Source: Eremomyces bilateralis CBS 781.70 (Eukaryota). Taken from it: a DNA stretch of 50,427 nt. Position 1 is the stretch's first letter; every line of letters begins with the position of its first letter. Of this stretch, positions 26,001 to 39,348 are shown one piece after another. The stretch lies in NCBI GenBank assembly GCA_010015585.1, contig ML975171.1. One strand, 5' to 3'. The notes under the pieces were generated by a model, which did not search any database, was not told the origin of the DNA, and saw only the letters and a program-made list of their open reading frames with translations. A program made the translations under genes and the position numbers.

Positions 26001-29000
26001 CCTCTTGCAGCACTAGCTGTCCTTCCAGCCGCCTTATGGTCATCATGGTAGACCATTTCTTTGGGCACTTCATATTCTTCAACAAGTCTCGAGATTGCGA
26101 GTTTGAGCTCGTGGTAGTCCGCCTCAAGGTCGACAGCACGTTGACTTGGTCGTATGTGTGAGGTCGGTGGATGTGGATGCATTGAGTTTCGCATCGCGCC
26201 ATCAACGGCATCCTCCTCGTCTTCCTCGCTAGTACCTTCTTCATCCTCGCCGTCCACTCCACCAGCCCCTGAGACATTCAGTTCGAGTTCCCGACCATCT
26301 TGACTGACAAACAAGACGGTCCATTTTTCCGCCGCGGGATGGCAAGACCCGAGGCTTCCGATCTGGGCTTGGCTCCCAGACGCAAAAGTAGGAGTGCTCT
26401 TGGAAGAGGCCGCGCTGAGAGCGCGGAGCATTTCTTGGCAAGTGCGTCGAAGGCGTATGCCGTACTCCTCAGATGGTTGCACGTCTCCATCCGGGCTCGT
26501 CAAATCTTCACATGAGGACGATGAAGTCAGGCCGTATGACTCCGTGCTTTGCTTGTGGCCCAGCTCATGAGACCGGCCGCGTGCACCCTGGCCATCATCA
26601 AGCAACGGAACACGGCTAATCGCTGTGGTGTCCGACGTGGCGCTACTGGCAGATGCCGATAGCACCGAGCTGCCATCACCCGGCGTGGATGCTAAAGCAG
26701 AAATAGAGTGAGCAGTGGCGTTTGTTGACACCGACGATGGGCGAATGGGAACAGGTGCACTAGAAAGAGATGACGCGCCTAAGATGCTGGCGTTCGTCAG
26801 GCTGAGTTGGCTGGACGCTTGCTTAAGCGTGTGCCTGAAGTTGAGGGTAGAACTCGACGACGAAGCTGGACGACGGTTGGGAAACAAGGCATCAACAAGG
26901 GTGACAATGTCGGAGGGAGAGACGACGATGAACGGCTGCACTTGCATGGTCTCGCGGGCAGGCGATACCACCGATTTGGACGACACTAGGAGGGTCTTTG
27001 ACGACGCGGTGGGGTATGTATCAAATGTGGCATGGCCTGTACCGGACCCCTTCCCCAGTTTGAAAATCGACTCAAGCCCATCAATCTTCTCGCGTATCTC
27101 CGGGAGGGTAGGCGCTCCGGTCCGTTGCGAATGGCCTGCAGCGGGCTTGTTGAAGTGCCAGCTGAGCAAATCGTTGGCTTGCTTCTGAACACGCTGAGAT
27201 ATCACCCTGAATATCTGTTGCCTGGCGTGCTCCGAGACGTGGTAGCCCATCATCATACCGTGAGCTTCGGGCCAGACGATGGCATCGGTCAAGTAATGCA
27301 AGAAGAACCATTGCAATACTACATAATGACGAATGGCGGCCCGATGACGCTTCTCTGCCCCAGGCAGGGTCGACGAATGCAGCGCTCGAACAATTGCTTG
27401 GCCGAGTTCGATGGCACCTTCGGGAAGACCCCCGGACGACGAGTCGCTACCGATGAGCTCGAATAGTTTGAGAATAGCAGAGTCGAAGAACTCCTCCGCC
27501 CGTATGGTATCCTTGGTATTTACATCCGTAGAGAACTGTCCTTGTCGGAGGCGTGACCCAGGCTGAGCCTCCTGAAGCAGGAATTGGCCGTCCTCCAGAA
27601 CGCCCATCAACCAGGCTTCCAGGTTTGGTTTGGCTCCCCAGTGCCTCATGGCCGCCCATGCGTCTAGGGATAATTCCAAGAATTTGTTCCATCCGTTTTT
27701 GTGCTCGACGATAAGCTTGGCACAGGAGAGTGCCCAAGCATCAGTGCGGAGCTTGTCCTCAGCCGAGTCCGGCGTGGAAGTGGAGCCAAAGATGGTGAAC
27801 AACAAGGAAGAGAAAGGATCATGCCGAGCGAAGGAGAGAAGACGTTCTGTTTGACTTGGCCCGGCCTTCGGTGCCGCGGTATTGATGCTGCCAGGTTTTC
27901 CATTGGACTTTGGTACATTGGGGCCGGACTGGGACGAGAAAACGCTCTCCGCATAGTCAAGCGAGGATCTTGACGACACAAGGTTAAGGAGGTCAGAGTG
28001 TGACAGACTGGCCAGACGAGAAGCAAGGAACGACGGATTCGTCCGAATAGCGGAGAGGAACGTCAGGATATCTTGTCTTATCGACGACGGAAGGGCATGT
28101 AGCCATGTCGTTACAAATACCGGCTTCTTCGGCTCATCTACGGCACTTGCGGTATTCGCTTCATCCTGGATCTGATGTTGCAATTCCAGGTCCAGAAGGG
28201 CGAAGCGACGGGTGTCGTCGCAAGAAGCTCGTACATCATGAAGGGCGTTGTATAGAGTTGCGAAACTCTTCTTGTCATCCGAGCGAAAGTTATCCACGAG
28301 GGCGCGGTATGCGAGTCTTCCACAGTTTACCAAGCGGGCGTTCAAAGCAAAGGCGACCAAGCGACGGTGGAGGCGAGACTTTGCATGGCTCTGGCGATGT
28401 TCATGGTGTTTCTGCAGGCGTACAAGGTAGGCGAGCTCGGCAAGGGATGTACTGGAAGTGGTCACGGCAGATGTTGGTATGCTCTCGGAGGTATATTGGG
28501 ACGTATCGACCGGGAGAAGACGAAGTAGACGAGGGGTAACTTGAGGCCTCGATCCCGTAGGAGTCGCGTCGGTAGGGATCGAACGCGGAGTCTCATTGCC
28601 ATGGTCGGAGATTCTCCCTGCTCTCGTCATCCTGTATGGTTTGGATTGCGGTGAGCGAGACCGTGCTGGACTCGGAGAACGAAGAACAATCTCTTTGGGC
28701 CGACCATGGAGGGCGAGCTCGGGAGGGGAAGGGGTAAGACTTCTTGAAGAGACATGTGTAATGGTGGGAGATGCAGCTGGAAGGAACAATAGGAAGGTCG
28801 GATTAGCATAGGCTCTGCCACATCATCATACATTCGCGACGCGCACGGAGATATCGTAGCCGCTCCTCTTTGCCAGCCAGTAAGGGACAACGACGACGCC
28901 TTGTACACCAGTGCGCATGGCCACCGTCGAGGTCCTAATAGAACCATGTACTTACGTGGAGACGAGTAAGCCGGGGCGGGCGGCGATGAGGAGATTGGTA

Positions 29001-29010
29001 CTCGCTTCAT
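23018..29010 (-). CDS. Large conserved fungal protein (~1.9k aa), probable VPS9-like domain near the C-terminus (exons 29010-28956, 28776-23018)
   Basis: Uninterrupted 1923-codon ORF. Intron 28955-28777 (GTAAGT..GCTAAT..CAG) joins MKRVPISSSPP in phase. The C-terminal block RPRTLFRDLQYIAAFVP..GKAFWDAGLAALGLK..AKEGDAAAERELA is recalled from fungal VPS9-like proteins; the domain call is tentative. Confidence 0.7.
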
Positions 29011-29196
29011 TGTCGTGCGCAGAAAGAGACGCCGCTAACGTGCGTCCGTAGCGTATCACAGAACCATTGTCGTGGCCGTGTTCCGCTCGCGATGAGGTTC
29101 TGCAAGGCGGAGGTTGGACGCGGGGACGGTCCACAGTTGTGTCGCGTAGTCGATTCGGGTTCAGAACCGAGTTCTTGAAGCCGTGGTATGTGTCCC

Positions 29197-29242
29197 GGAT
29201 TCCAGTGTGGATTCCAGTGTGGATTCCAGTGTGGATTCCAGT
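29197..29242. repeat. 12-bp tandem repeat (GGATTCCAGTGT) x3.8
   Basis: Three exact units plus a 10-nt partial, ~190 bp upstream of the ATG at 29010. Confidence 0.9.
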
Positions 29243-30649
29243 CGCTGCTGGCTTTCCTATTCACTATTATAGAGAGGGTTGGGAAAGCTTTGATTGGCGG
29301 AGGAGGGGAGGACGAGAGGTCGGACTTTCTCGAGTCAATCACAGGAAGAAACGGCGGAGCGGGGTAGAGGAGCGGAGTGGAAAGGGGAGCGGAGTCCGGG
29401 ATTCTCTCTCTATCTCAACTGCTCTCCTGAGTCTTGACGAGGCTGCGGCTGCATTGATAAGAACAAGATAGACAGCAAATATGAAGGGAAGCGAGCAGAA
29501 AACTGTCCATGTTTCATTTCCCCATTTCACGATTCCAAGCTCGTCGCAACAGGCCCGTCCGGATGAGTGGCGGAGAATTGACGAAAAGCATGACTTGCAG
29601 CATTTTGGACAACGCATCACACTTGGAACTGCCAATCAGGACGGAAGCGCATGCATCCAACCTTTCCATCCATGCACCACGTTTCTCTTTTCAGTGTGCT
29701 GCAGTGTTGCAGAACAGCTTTCGGACTCGCGGAACCAATCATCGCATCGCGAGGCCGTTTGAAGCGACGCTCAACCATCGTGGCCGATCCTGCGACCGCT
29801 GTTGTCCTGTTGATGTGACGGCTGCGGAGGGACCAGACAGCGTGGTCCCAGCCTGACCCCGTCTTTTCAATCGCACCGAGAGGCTCAACCAAATTGGTTG
29901 AAGTCAGCATCAGCCTCATCCAAACATTTCATGTTAGGGTCACCGCAATTGATCATCCTTGCATTGTCGTCTCGCCACACATATCCATACCGTGAGTGCT
30001 GAGAATTGGACGATAGGACAAGCAGTGACGATTTGCCGTCTGTGTCATGGAATCAACTCATCCTATCCCGTTCAACCGCTCAGCAGCTTCCGGTGAGGAT
30101 GTAAGGTAGCATCTGACTGCTGAGCTGGCAGGACGATAAGTAGCCATGCACATGCATGCTTTCGCTGTCAATTCAACTTTGTCCCGACTGGTAGACGCAC
30201 ATTTTCTCTCGTTGACGCTTCGCTCCGCCGTTTCTTAGTCGCATTATTCTCGCATAAATGCCTCTGGGTCGCACCATCTGAATACAGTCTTGTGGCGGTT
30301 TCATATGCTGGCTCCGGCCATTACTGCACGCAAAATGCGATGATGGAGCAAATGCGACTTTAACATTGCCTTACCAAGCGTATCATACTCGCAACTACCC
30401 GCCGAGCTGATAGCAGCAGAGATACGACCTACTAGAAGATATCTGCTCCTATACGGTAGGTTTCTGACATCGAAGCTGAATAGGAAATCGATGCATGACA
30501 CGCATGTTCCGTCGTCATACACATATACTACAAACTTCAGAATATTTTTATGCACTCGAGCAGGTCAGTGAGGTCGATCAGGCCTTCTCCAAGAATACCC
30601 CTATACGACCCGGCTTCTGCATCAGGTCTGAACGGGAGATTTCTCCGCT

Positions 30650-32009
30650 TCAGGCGTCCTTTAGCAATCCCCTGATGAATGGAGCCACTTGTTTCCGACT
30701 CCAGCTGGTATTCCCTTGCATCCAAACCTTCATTCCCATGTGTCGTACGGCGGCAGTCATCCTCTCATCAGCCTGCCACGCCTCCAGTTGGAGCTCTTCC
30801 GACTTCTCCTGGAACCCGCCCAGTAGGCTCTGCATCCTCTCTGATATGGCCATGAGCATTAGCTCTCGTCTGAACTGCTTGTGGGTATCTTTGAACGTTG
30901 TCATTACCACGAACAGATCCAATCCCCTCGTCTTGGCGAAGGCTTCTGAAATGTGTGCAAGCGCTTCCATACCCCTTTCGTCGCGTGTCTGTGGACTTGC
31001 TCGGTCGATGATCTCGGCCAGCGGCTTCACCACAGATGCGATGCCAACTTTCCCGTCCTTCTCTTCCCATTCCTTGTAATCTTTCCGGAGCATCTCTTCC
31101 GCGGAGAGCCCCTTCAACTCCTTCTTGATCCCGTTCACGAGCTTGTGCCACCTGTCCCGGCCATAACGCTCCGAATCCGCCTCGCCCAGCCGCACTCCAC
31201 GTGTCTCCACTGCCTGGATGACACTCTCTAGATATCCAACCGCCCACTCGTCCACCTCCTTCACCTTCTCTTTTGCTTTCAGGTTTGTTGTGTCCACCAA
31301 GATGCTGGCCATAGCCATCTTCGCCAACCCAGCAACGGTCCACGCGTCTTCACCACTCGTCAACCGTGCTTGATCTTCCTCCCATAACCCGCTCTTGACT
31401 GCCCAGTCCAACACCAAGCTCCCACAATTCCCCGCCATCTCCACGATCCTTGGTTCCGCGTCGTTTGAAACCACACCCTCGTCCACATGGTGGTCGATAC
31501 ACCCGATCACTTTCCCATTGAGTGCTTTGACCGCGCCTGTCGGGGCATTGTGATCCACTAAGATGAGATCGGGAGGTTCCTGTGCTTCCGCGCGTCCATA
31601 TGATACAGGGGCTTCCAGATCATCCAGCGTGATCAAATCATCTACTTCCGCACCCGCGGACTGGAGGACCGGGATAAATTCGGGGCGAAGACGAAGGTCA
31701 GCGCGCGGGAGGGGGATGAGCGGGATAGTTAGAGGATGGGAACCAGGGATCGCGCCTGAGATTTGTGACCGATCCGTCTTTCCGATCGGATAGGAGCGGA
31801 GATAGGAGAGCAGAAGCGAGCTGGTCAAGGTGTCGAGGTCTGCACGCCGGAATCAGCCAGGTTCCAGGAGGCTGGCGACGCTGATGGCAATCAGCATCAT
31901 AATGTAACGGACCTACTGATTCGTTTCCCACTACGAACGTCTTCTTTCCCGGTTGGCGGAGAGCGGATTTCGCCAGCCCAAGGAATCGGTGGAGGGAGGG
32001 GATGCGCAT
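30650..32009 (-). CDS. PPX1: DHH-family exopolyphosphatase (Ppx1/Prune-like)
   Basis: VVGNESV|DLD restored across a GT-AG intron (~31912-31840). Also LVDHN, IDHH, ILVDT and RKDYK motifs, and a DHHA2 end SRKQVAP. An in-frame alternative start exists further upstream (ORF track begins at 32066). Confidence 0.9.
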
Positions 32010-32973
32010 TGGATCGTCCCCTGGGGCAGGATCGTTTACTTGACTCTGAGATGTCGACATTCGCATTCGGTTGGCAAAGGCCCCTGCAGAATGAATGCCC
32101 TTTGTTCACCTCGTTGAGAATTGTAATCTACTAGACTCCTATTGTAATCCCAGGCTGGATTGTTGCATGAAGTATATGCCGTGATGCATTCGTGTTACAT
32201 CTGGTGTATGCTGTGAGTGCTGTGGCGATGTTGAGTTCATCAAATGTTGGCGTGGGAGAGGAAATATGACCCACCTTTCTCGCAACCCCCCCCTGCCGAC
32301 TGCCAGCTTCTCCTGAATCCACCAGACTGCAACTAAGCAACTGGTTTCACTGGATATATTTCTTTACACGTTACAAGATTAAGACTTAATATAGTTCACA
32401 AGAATGTTTATGAACACTCATTACGGCGTACCGCCCAGACTGAGAAATCGGATCGCCAGATCTCGCCTCCATCTTCTGCACGACTGCACCATTACCGTGA
32501 ACAGGAGACACTGACATAGGCCAGGACGAGCTCAGCAAACAGTTTTGGAGACGGTCCCATTCTCTTAGTATTACTATATTCGGCGGTTTGATTTTGGGTT
32601 TTGATCAAGCGCGATCGCATGGGAATCCGATGGATGTGCACCGCTGGTCTTATTATTAGAATATTGGAGATAGGCTCATTGAAGAGACATGGGCATTCCT
32701 TTTGGGACCATAGACGGAGTAAGCCGTTGCAAATTGGTTGGGATGCACCCTCGGTCGAATTTCACGGGATTCACGAGCGGGTGGTTCCATATGGTTGATC
32801 AGGAAAGGTTCCTTAGGTATTGACGTATGCTAATACTCCCAGGTGGTATAATAAGAAACTAGTTCCACAACCGTCGAAATGCAACGCTATGGCTGTTTTC
32901 AATGAGTGTGGGGGCCGATGTGACAGCACTTTGGTACTGTAATGCTAGATACGGAAGAAATGGGTGAAGCTAC

Positions 32974-34793
32974 TTATTGGCTCGCGTATCCCCATCGTGG
33001 TGCATTGATGATGATCCCCATCAAGCATCCTGAGATGATTGCAGTGACGGGAAGCGTGATGAACCAACCACCGTAGATCCAAGCAACCTGGCTTTCCGTT
33101 AGTTCCGGCTCTCGAAGATAACGGAATGGTGCAGTTGGACTTACCATGCGCCAGTTGATGGTTCGCCAGTCACCGTTGCAGAGGCCGACACCGACCGTGG
33201 CACCCGTGATGCACTGAGTCGTGGAAACGGGGAGCTTGAGACGAGTGGCCATGATGATGGTGACGGCGGAGCCCAACTCCATGGAGAAACCACGAGATGG
33301 GGACATGAGCGTCAGCCTGTTACCCAAGTTGCGCATGATGTTGTATCCGTAGGTCCAGAGACCGATGACGATGCCAGCACCACCGAAAGCCAGAATCCAG
33401 GTGGGAACCGGGACGGAGCTCTTCTGCTGACCCGTGCTCCAGATGAGGTAGATGGTGGCATAGGGGCCGATGGCGTTCGAGACGTCGTTGGCACCATGGG
33501 TGAAAGAGGCGGCAGTGGCAGTGAGGATCTGGAGGAAAGAGTAGAGATACTCGGCGCGGTTGTCGTAGTGCTCAGAGCGTGCGTGGGCCTCTTCAATGTC
33601 GCCAGAGAGAATGTCACGCTTCTTCTGCATGCTCACAACGTCTTTCTCGACACCACGGAAGAACCACCGTTTGGCATACCAGAAAGCGACTTTGGGATTG
33701 GAGATGGGGCCTTCAGGACGGGTGGAGACGCTCTCTTCGAGATCTGTGAATGAGTGTTGTTGAGCGTGAGGGACATCTGACGCGCTGTCAGTCGTGGTGA
33801 TAGCGGTACCCTTCTCGACGTCGCCAGCAGCGGCAGCGTCTTCAGTACGTTTCGCGTCCAACTCCTCTCTGGTTAGGTGGCCTCGATAGTAGTTCTGGAT
33901 GCCGGAGTCCACCATGCCTTCCGGAGCAGCGGGGATCTCACCGCGGCGGAGAAGGAGAGGGCCCAAAGGGATATGCCAGGGGCGAAGCTGCCAGTCACCC
34001 TTGATGACCTTGCGGTAAAGGTATGGGAGGAGGAAGACGATGACAAGGAGAGCGATACCAGCGCCGACGCCGACGATGACACCGGCCACACCACCATCGC
34101 TAAGTTCGATCTTGCTGGAAGCACCCTTCCAGACGATCAACATGGCAATGAGCGAGCCAGTGATGAAAAAATAGATGGGGATCGAGAAAAAGGCGTTCCG
34201 GACAGGATTGCTCCGTCGCATGACTCCATACTTAGTGAGCAAGAAGATGATGGCACCGAAAACTCCAGCAAGACCCGGGGCAATGCCCCAAGCGGCGAAC
34301 ACCTGAGCGACGCCTTTCCAGCCCCAGGAAACCCTTGAAGCACCGACTGACGCGACGCCCATACCGATAACTCCACCCATGATCGAGTGAGTGGTGGAGA
34401 CGGGAAGACCCAACTTCGTAGCCAAGGTGAGATAGGTTGACGATGCAATAACCTAGGTACTGTCAGTGCTTGTCCGCATGGCCCGTTTTCTCGAAGGAAA
34501 TGACTTACAGTGCAAACCATACCGAGCATCAGCAGGGCTGGGTTCGCATCGAACAGCTTCGGGTCGATGATCTTGGTTCGGATGGTTTCGGCGACACGAG
34601 CGCCGACGGCCACAGAGCCCACGAATTCCATGACGCTCGCGATGCACATCGCTTGCTTCATGGTCAAGGAGCGCGAAGACACGGAGGTGGCGAAGGAGTT
34701 AGCAACATCATTGGCGCCAATGTTCCACGCGTCGAGGAACGCGAATATGGTGCCGATGGCGAAGAGGTAGTCAAATTGGTGGAGGATCGGCAT
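32974..34793 (-). CDS. PHO89: PiT-family Na+/phosphate symporter (Pho89 / Neurospora pho-4 type); introns 34508-34453 and 33144-33088
   Basis: Both PiT signatures are present (GANDVANSFATSVSSRSL and SFTHGANDVSNAIGP), plus PVSTTHSI and PVSTTQC. Introns have GTAAGT donors. Confidence 0.95.
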
Positions 34794-35412
34794 GGCAGGC
34801 GATTGATGTTCTTAGGATCGATGAACGAATAGACAGAAGTGTAGCTTGGCTGTGCCGCATTGGCGTGCAATGGGTACTAAGGATGGGCGTGGAGAGGAGA
34901 AGAAGTAGGGTACGAGGGGTGGGAGGGGGTTGCAGTATATAAGATCGGTAATGGGAGACATATCCTCGATTCCTTGCATAGGGATGTGTAGGTTGAATTG
35001 CTGCTCCGTGACCGGGGGCTAGTTGCTAGGCACCCATTAAGGAACTGTCCAATGGTGGAGGACGATAGTAGGGGTGTGGGCAGTTGCACTCTGGATGGCC
35101 GATGCCGCATGTGCCAAACGAACGGGTCAAATCCATGCTACGGTCAACCAGACCACCTGTAAACCGAACATACATGCAGATTTCAGTAAATTCAGGCCAT
35201 TTTAGAGCCATTCGAACGGAATTGGATCCGATCTAGACTAACAGCAAGGATCGGGGTTGTGCCATGTGCGGTGATGTGGGACCAAGACACCAAAGTTCTC
35301 GAGTTCATCCCACGTCGGAGCGGTCGAGGACTAACACTTTACTGGGATATGAACAAATCAAATTTCTTTACCGTATAAGCAAGTGGGGAGACGTTATTAT
35401 ATAAGAATACAC

Positions 35413-35795
35413 AACGTGGGCGGGCAATATTATTCTTAGTGTTAGAAGGTAGGAATCAGTGAAGTCAGTGAAATCTTGTAACGTGGTACAGAATTCAACA
35501 TGGGAAGGACGAATGTGGTTAGCGGCGGGAATTCCCATGTTAGCGTCTAACTTGGCACATGGGCTCCACCAAAAGATTCTGACCAATCAACGCGCCCACG
35601 TGCTCCATCCGTTCGACGTCCTTCATGTTCCGCTGCCAACTTCAGCACAAAATAATCTTACGTGCGACCGCTGGACTCTTCAACATCTGACAATCACCCA
35701 AGTCCATGTTAGCTCTTCCCGCCGCAGTGTTTTGGGCCTTCCTTCCCTTGAACACAGATCTTGATCTCGGTATCATTCCCTGCTGCCGTCACGTG
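35413..35795. promoter_or_regulatory. Cluster of putative Pho4/NUC-1 boxes (CACGTG/CACGTT) and a PacC site upstream of PHO89
   Basis: CACGTG at 35597 and 35790, AACGTG at 35413 and 35480, CTTGGC (GCCAAG reverse) at 35551. These lie 0.6-1.0 kb upstream of the PHO89 ATG. Confidence 0.5.
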
Positions 35796-38072
35796 GGCTT
35801 CCTGTTATCGCCCACCTCATTGCTGCTTGATGGAAGCGATGGAACAACTGCCTGGTGTCTGCGGCTGATACTAGTATAATATCAGAAGCCCTGATCCCAA
35901 CAGTGGCAAAGTCCTCCCGGGACTTTATAATCTACGGACAGAACTGGGGAGCGATACCATCAAGGCCCAGCGCCCATCGTTCATCCGTCTCTGATCTAAC
36001 TAATCTAAAGGAGCAGGATGTAGCGGACTGGTTCCCTCTGCCTCAATTTACTGAGAGGTGGTCGACATCTTTTGAATTGGATACATGCAAGGACTTGAAA
36101 GAGCAAGACCCCAGATCCCCAAGACGGGAATCTTCAGACCTCAACCCCGTGATGGCCTTTCCTATTGTCTGCTTCAAGAATATCGATCATGTCTACCTCC
36201 TGCACACTCAACCCTCATCTCGAGATCTCATTTGGTAATCCATGGCGGTGCCACAGTGGGATCTCCGAACCCAGCTCCATATTCCTGGGGCCCGGGCTCA
36301 CGGCTGCTAGTGGATGGTGTTCTCCTTGGGACTTCCTGTTGGCCTGTACCACTTGGAACCTGGTTACACGTAATGAGGAATGGCCTGGGGGTGGGGGGTA
36401 CAGCATTTTGACAGTGTTCAGTTCCCGGTTTGCACCCCACCCCGCAAGCCTCTTGTCGTCAGGTCTTGTACTACTACGTATGGACAACGGTATAGCCCCT
36501 CAACCAGTGACAACACACCACTGCTTCGAATACGGCTATAGGACGTTCAGCCGGCCGGATCCTATTACTAGTACAGGGCAATTCTACCTAGCAACGCCAT
36601 GAATTCAAAAAAAAACAACCCTTCAAATGCCCCACCCTCTACAAGATTAGACCCTTAAACAACAGGGGTGCCTGCCTGCTCCAAATCTCCAACGAACAAA
36701 TCGCCCTCTTGAATTTGAGCACGCTGTCTATTTCCCCATTACTTCCGTATTTCTCGATCTATTTCGCGATCACTTTCTTGCCGTTCTCGCCTGCGGGCAG
36801 GTTCTTACCCTCACTCAGTGGCGGTCTCTTCCATCTAGGTTGATGTTGGACGAATCCATTCAACAATGTGTCACGGCAAGTTCCTTATCTTTCTAGACTT
36901 GCCTCCCTGAAGGCCAAACACGTCACTCACACCTCCAGCTTGATTGGACCGTCGCAGTGGTCTTGCTATTCTTGCAAATTTGTCTTTGGCATCGCCTCTA
37001 TATTCCATCGATAGTCTTTAACCGGCGGCCTCTAAGCACGCACTGATTCGAGCGAATTTCACGAGGCCTGAGATGGATGCGTCTGGTTCTGTGCTCGCCT
37101 CTCATTCAGGAGCGAGGAAACGAAATCATGTGATGAAAGACGCGGATTTTTCCAACCAACTAACAATATAATGAATATAACCTTGAAAAATTGCACCGGT
37201 TCATCCTACGTTCATGATCAGCTCTTCTTCCCAGACGGTTGTGCGAACCATGTCGAAATTGCCACCCGTTGGGAAGCCGTGCATTCATTGTGGTATTGTA
37301 GCCAGACGCAGTGTTCCAGGCCTTCTTCCACACCTTATGGTCCACTGGTGGCGGACCAGTTCCTTGATTAGCTTCACTTGGCCTTCATCGATGGACATTA
37401 GACAGTTGCTAAAGAACTACAGCACCTTCGGCTAGGAAATCTGCAACCAGACACTACATGCGCCTGGAGCCCCACGGAGCAGCTAGTGCTGCCATCCCGT
37501 GGGATGCTCACTAAGAACCATGCTCGACACTGTGCAGAGCTGCCGATGCATCGGACCACGCCACGGTGGACCAGACTGATGCCTGTCCGTGTATCCTGAT
37601 CTGTCCGTGAGCTAGTAAGTACCCGGTTCTAACAACTCAAGAGAGGCACCGAATGTCATTCGGGGTGCATGCTGCAGTTCCCCCCAGAGATGGGAAGCAT
37701 ACCTACTGCATCCTATCCATCTGGTTGAACAGTAGCATCATGTGCAAACACTGAGCTACTTTTGTACTTATATCTTCAATCATCCGCGTAGTTAGGACGC
37801 AGAATTCCTAGGCCTGCTTGACTACTCTCATCTTACCTCGGGGGATGAAGATATCATGCCGTAGTGGGACTCACATTCAGTCCATTCCAGATTCCCATCT
37901 CATATTTTAGAATATACATGGGCGACACGACGCAGGTCATGGATAGCAAGTTGCCTAGTTCATTGTTTATGGGGCAGACAGTCAGCCCATTCCATCTCAA
38001 GGACACTGTTTGGCTCCATATTCCGATCCTCTTGCTTTAAATCCTTTCTCTTTGCAGTCGAACAGGTTCCAG

Positions 38073-39348
38073 CTAATCCAAGATAGACCGGAGATATTCC
38101 CGGATCCCTTGGGAGCTTTTCTGGTTTTTAAATGGCATGCTATGGTCAACAACGGGCTCTACATGACAGGCCCTCGGTGCCACGATCAACGTAACCTTTC
38201 CAATATTCTCCCTTTCCCCTTCCCACGCCGCCTTCGCAGCATTCTCAAACCCAGTCGTGATTTTCTGCGCGATCTCCCGGATACTATCGATCATGATCTC
38301 CCCTCCTCCGCCCCAGATCATCATATGTGTCACGAGCGATGCCGCGCCTTCCCACCATTGCTCGTCGCAGACAATGGGCTCGCTCCACTCGTCCCCCAGA
38401 TGGCCCGGACGCGGTTTTCGTCCTTTGCCAATACCGGAATATAGAAAGTTCTTGGCGGCCCAGACCACTGTGGCGGGATAGAAAATGTCGGATCCGATGT
38501 TTTCTATCATAGAATCTTCGGTGCCGCGGAAGGAAATCCACGGCGAAAAGGCGACGGCGGCGTGCAACGGACCGGGAAGGTTCAGGGGAGGAATGTCGGG
38601 GTGTGGATGTGCGATGTGCGAGAGGACTGATAGAACCAGGTTACCACCTGCCGAATCACCGGCGATGATGAGCTAGGCCTTGTAAGCGCATTCCAAATCT
38701 TAGAACTCATATACCAGGCAGTGCGAACCTGAGATGTATCTTTCTTCTCGACCTCGATCATATGCCGCAGGAAATTTACGCCCTGTCGCAGCTGCGTCGG
38801 ATATGGCTTTTCAGGTGCAAGAGAGTACGCCAGCACGACAACCGACATGTTCTTCCCACTCTTCCTCATCTCTTTCATGAGGCTGAACAGAAACCGCACA
38901 TGGCCAGGCATGATGGCGTCGATGAACCCGCCGCCGTGGTAATATATCATGGTATACTTTGCATTCCGTGGACCAAGCCAATGCGCTAGGATCCCCTCGG
39001 GCAACTTGACGTTGTCGAGCTTCTTTCTCCTGCGCTTGACCATTCGATCGAGCACCTTGTCCGACCCGGGTGTCATACCCCGGGCTTGTTGAAGCGTGCG
39101 GCTCATGACAGCATCGCGAACTGCTGCGTAGGCCAAGTCGTTGATATACCTCGGGGCCTTTTTGTCTTTGCTCTTAAACGGGTATGTGATCATGTGGATG
39201 CTGCCGGGTATCGCTATTCATCCGAGTCGTGATGTATCAGAACCAATTGCGATTTCATTTGTATGGGATATCATCCGGGTTCTTCTCACTTACCGGCGTG
39301 CAAAATCACAGGAAACAGCGTAATCACGCTCTTGGGTTCGATCTCCAT
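38073..39348 (-). CDS. Alpha/beta hydrolase fold-3 (HSL-like esterase; Say1/steryl acetyl hydrolase-like), 3 exons
   Basis: YYHGGGF oxyanion motif. After the intron near 38728-38672 the frame reads LIIAGDSAGGNL (nucleophile elbow) and continues into FSPW..GGGEIM..CHVEP. Exon 1 is MEIEPKSVITLFPVILHA with a GTAAGT donor. Confidence 0.85.

Noticed and set aside
29007..29342. ORF with WNPH repeats overlapping the start of the VPS9-like gene (candidate uORF)
   Set aside because: Starts at GTG, and the peptide repeat is just the translation of the 12-bp minisatellite.
35855..37435. Several 60-145 aa ORFs between PHO89 and the hydrolase
   Set aside because: Mostly non-ATG starts, no motifs or consistent splice structure; treated as intergenic, though a relic cannot be excluded.
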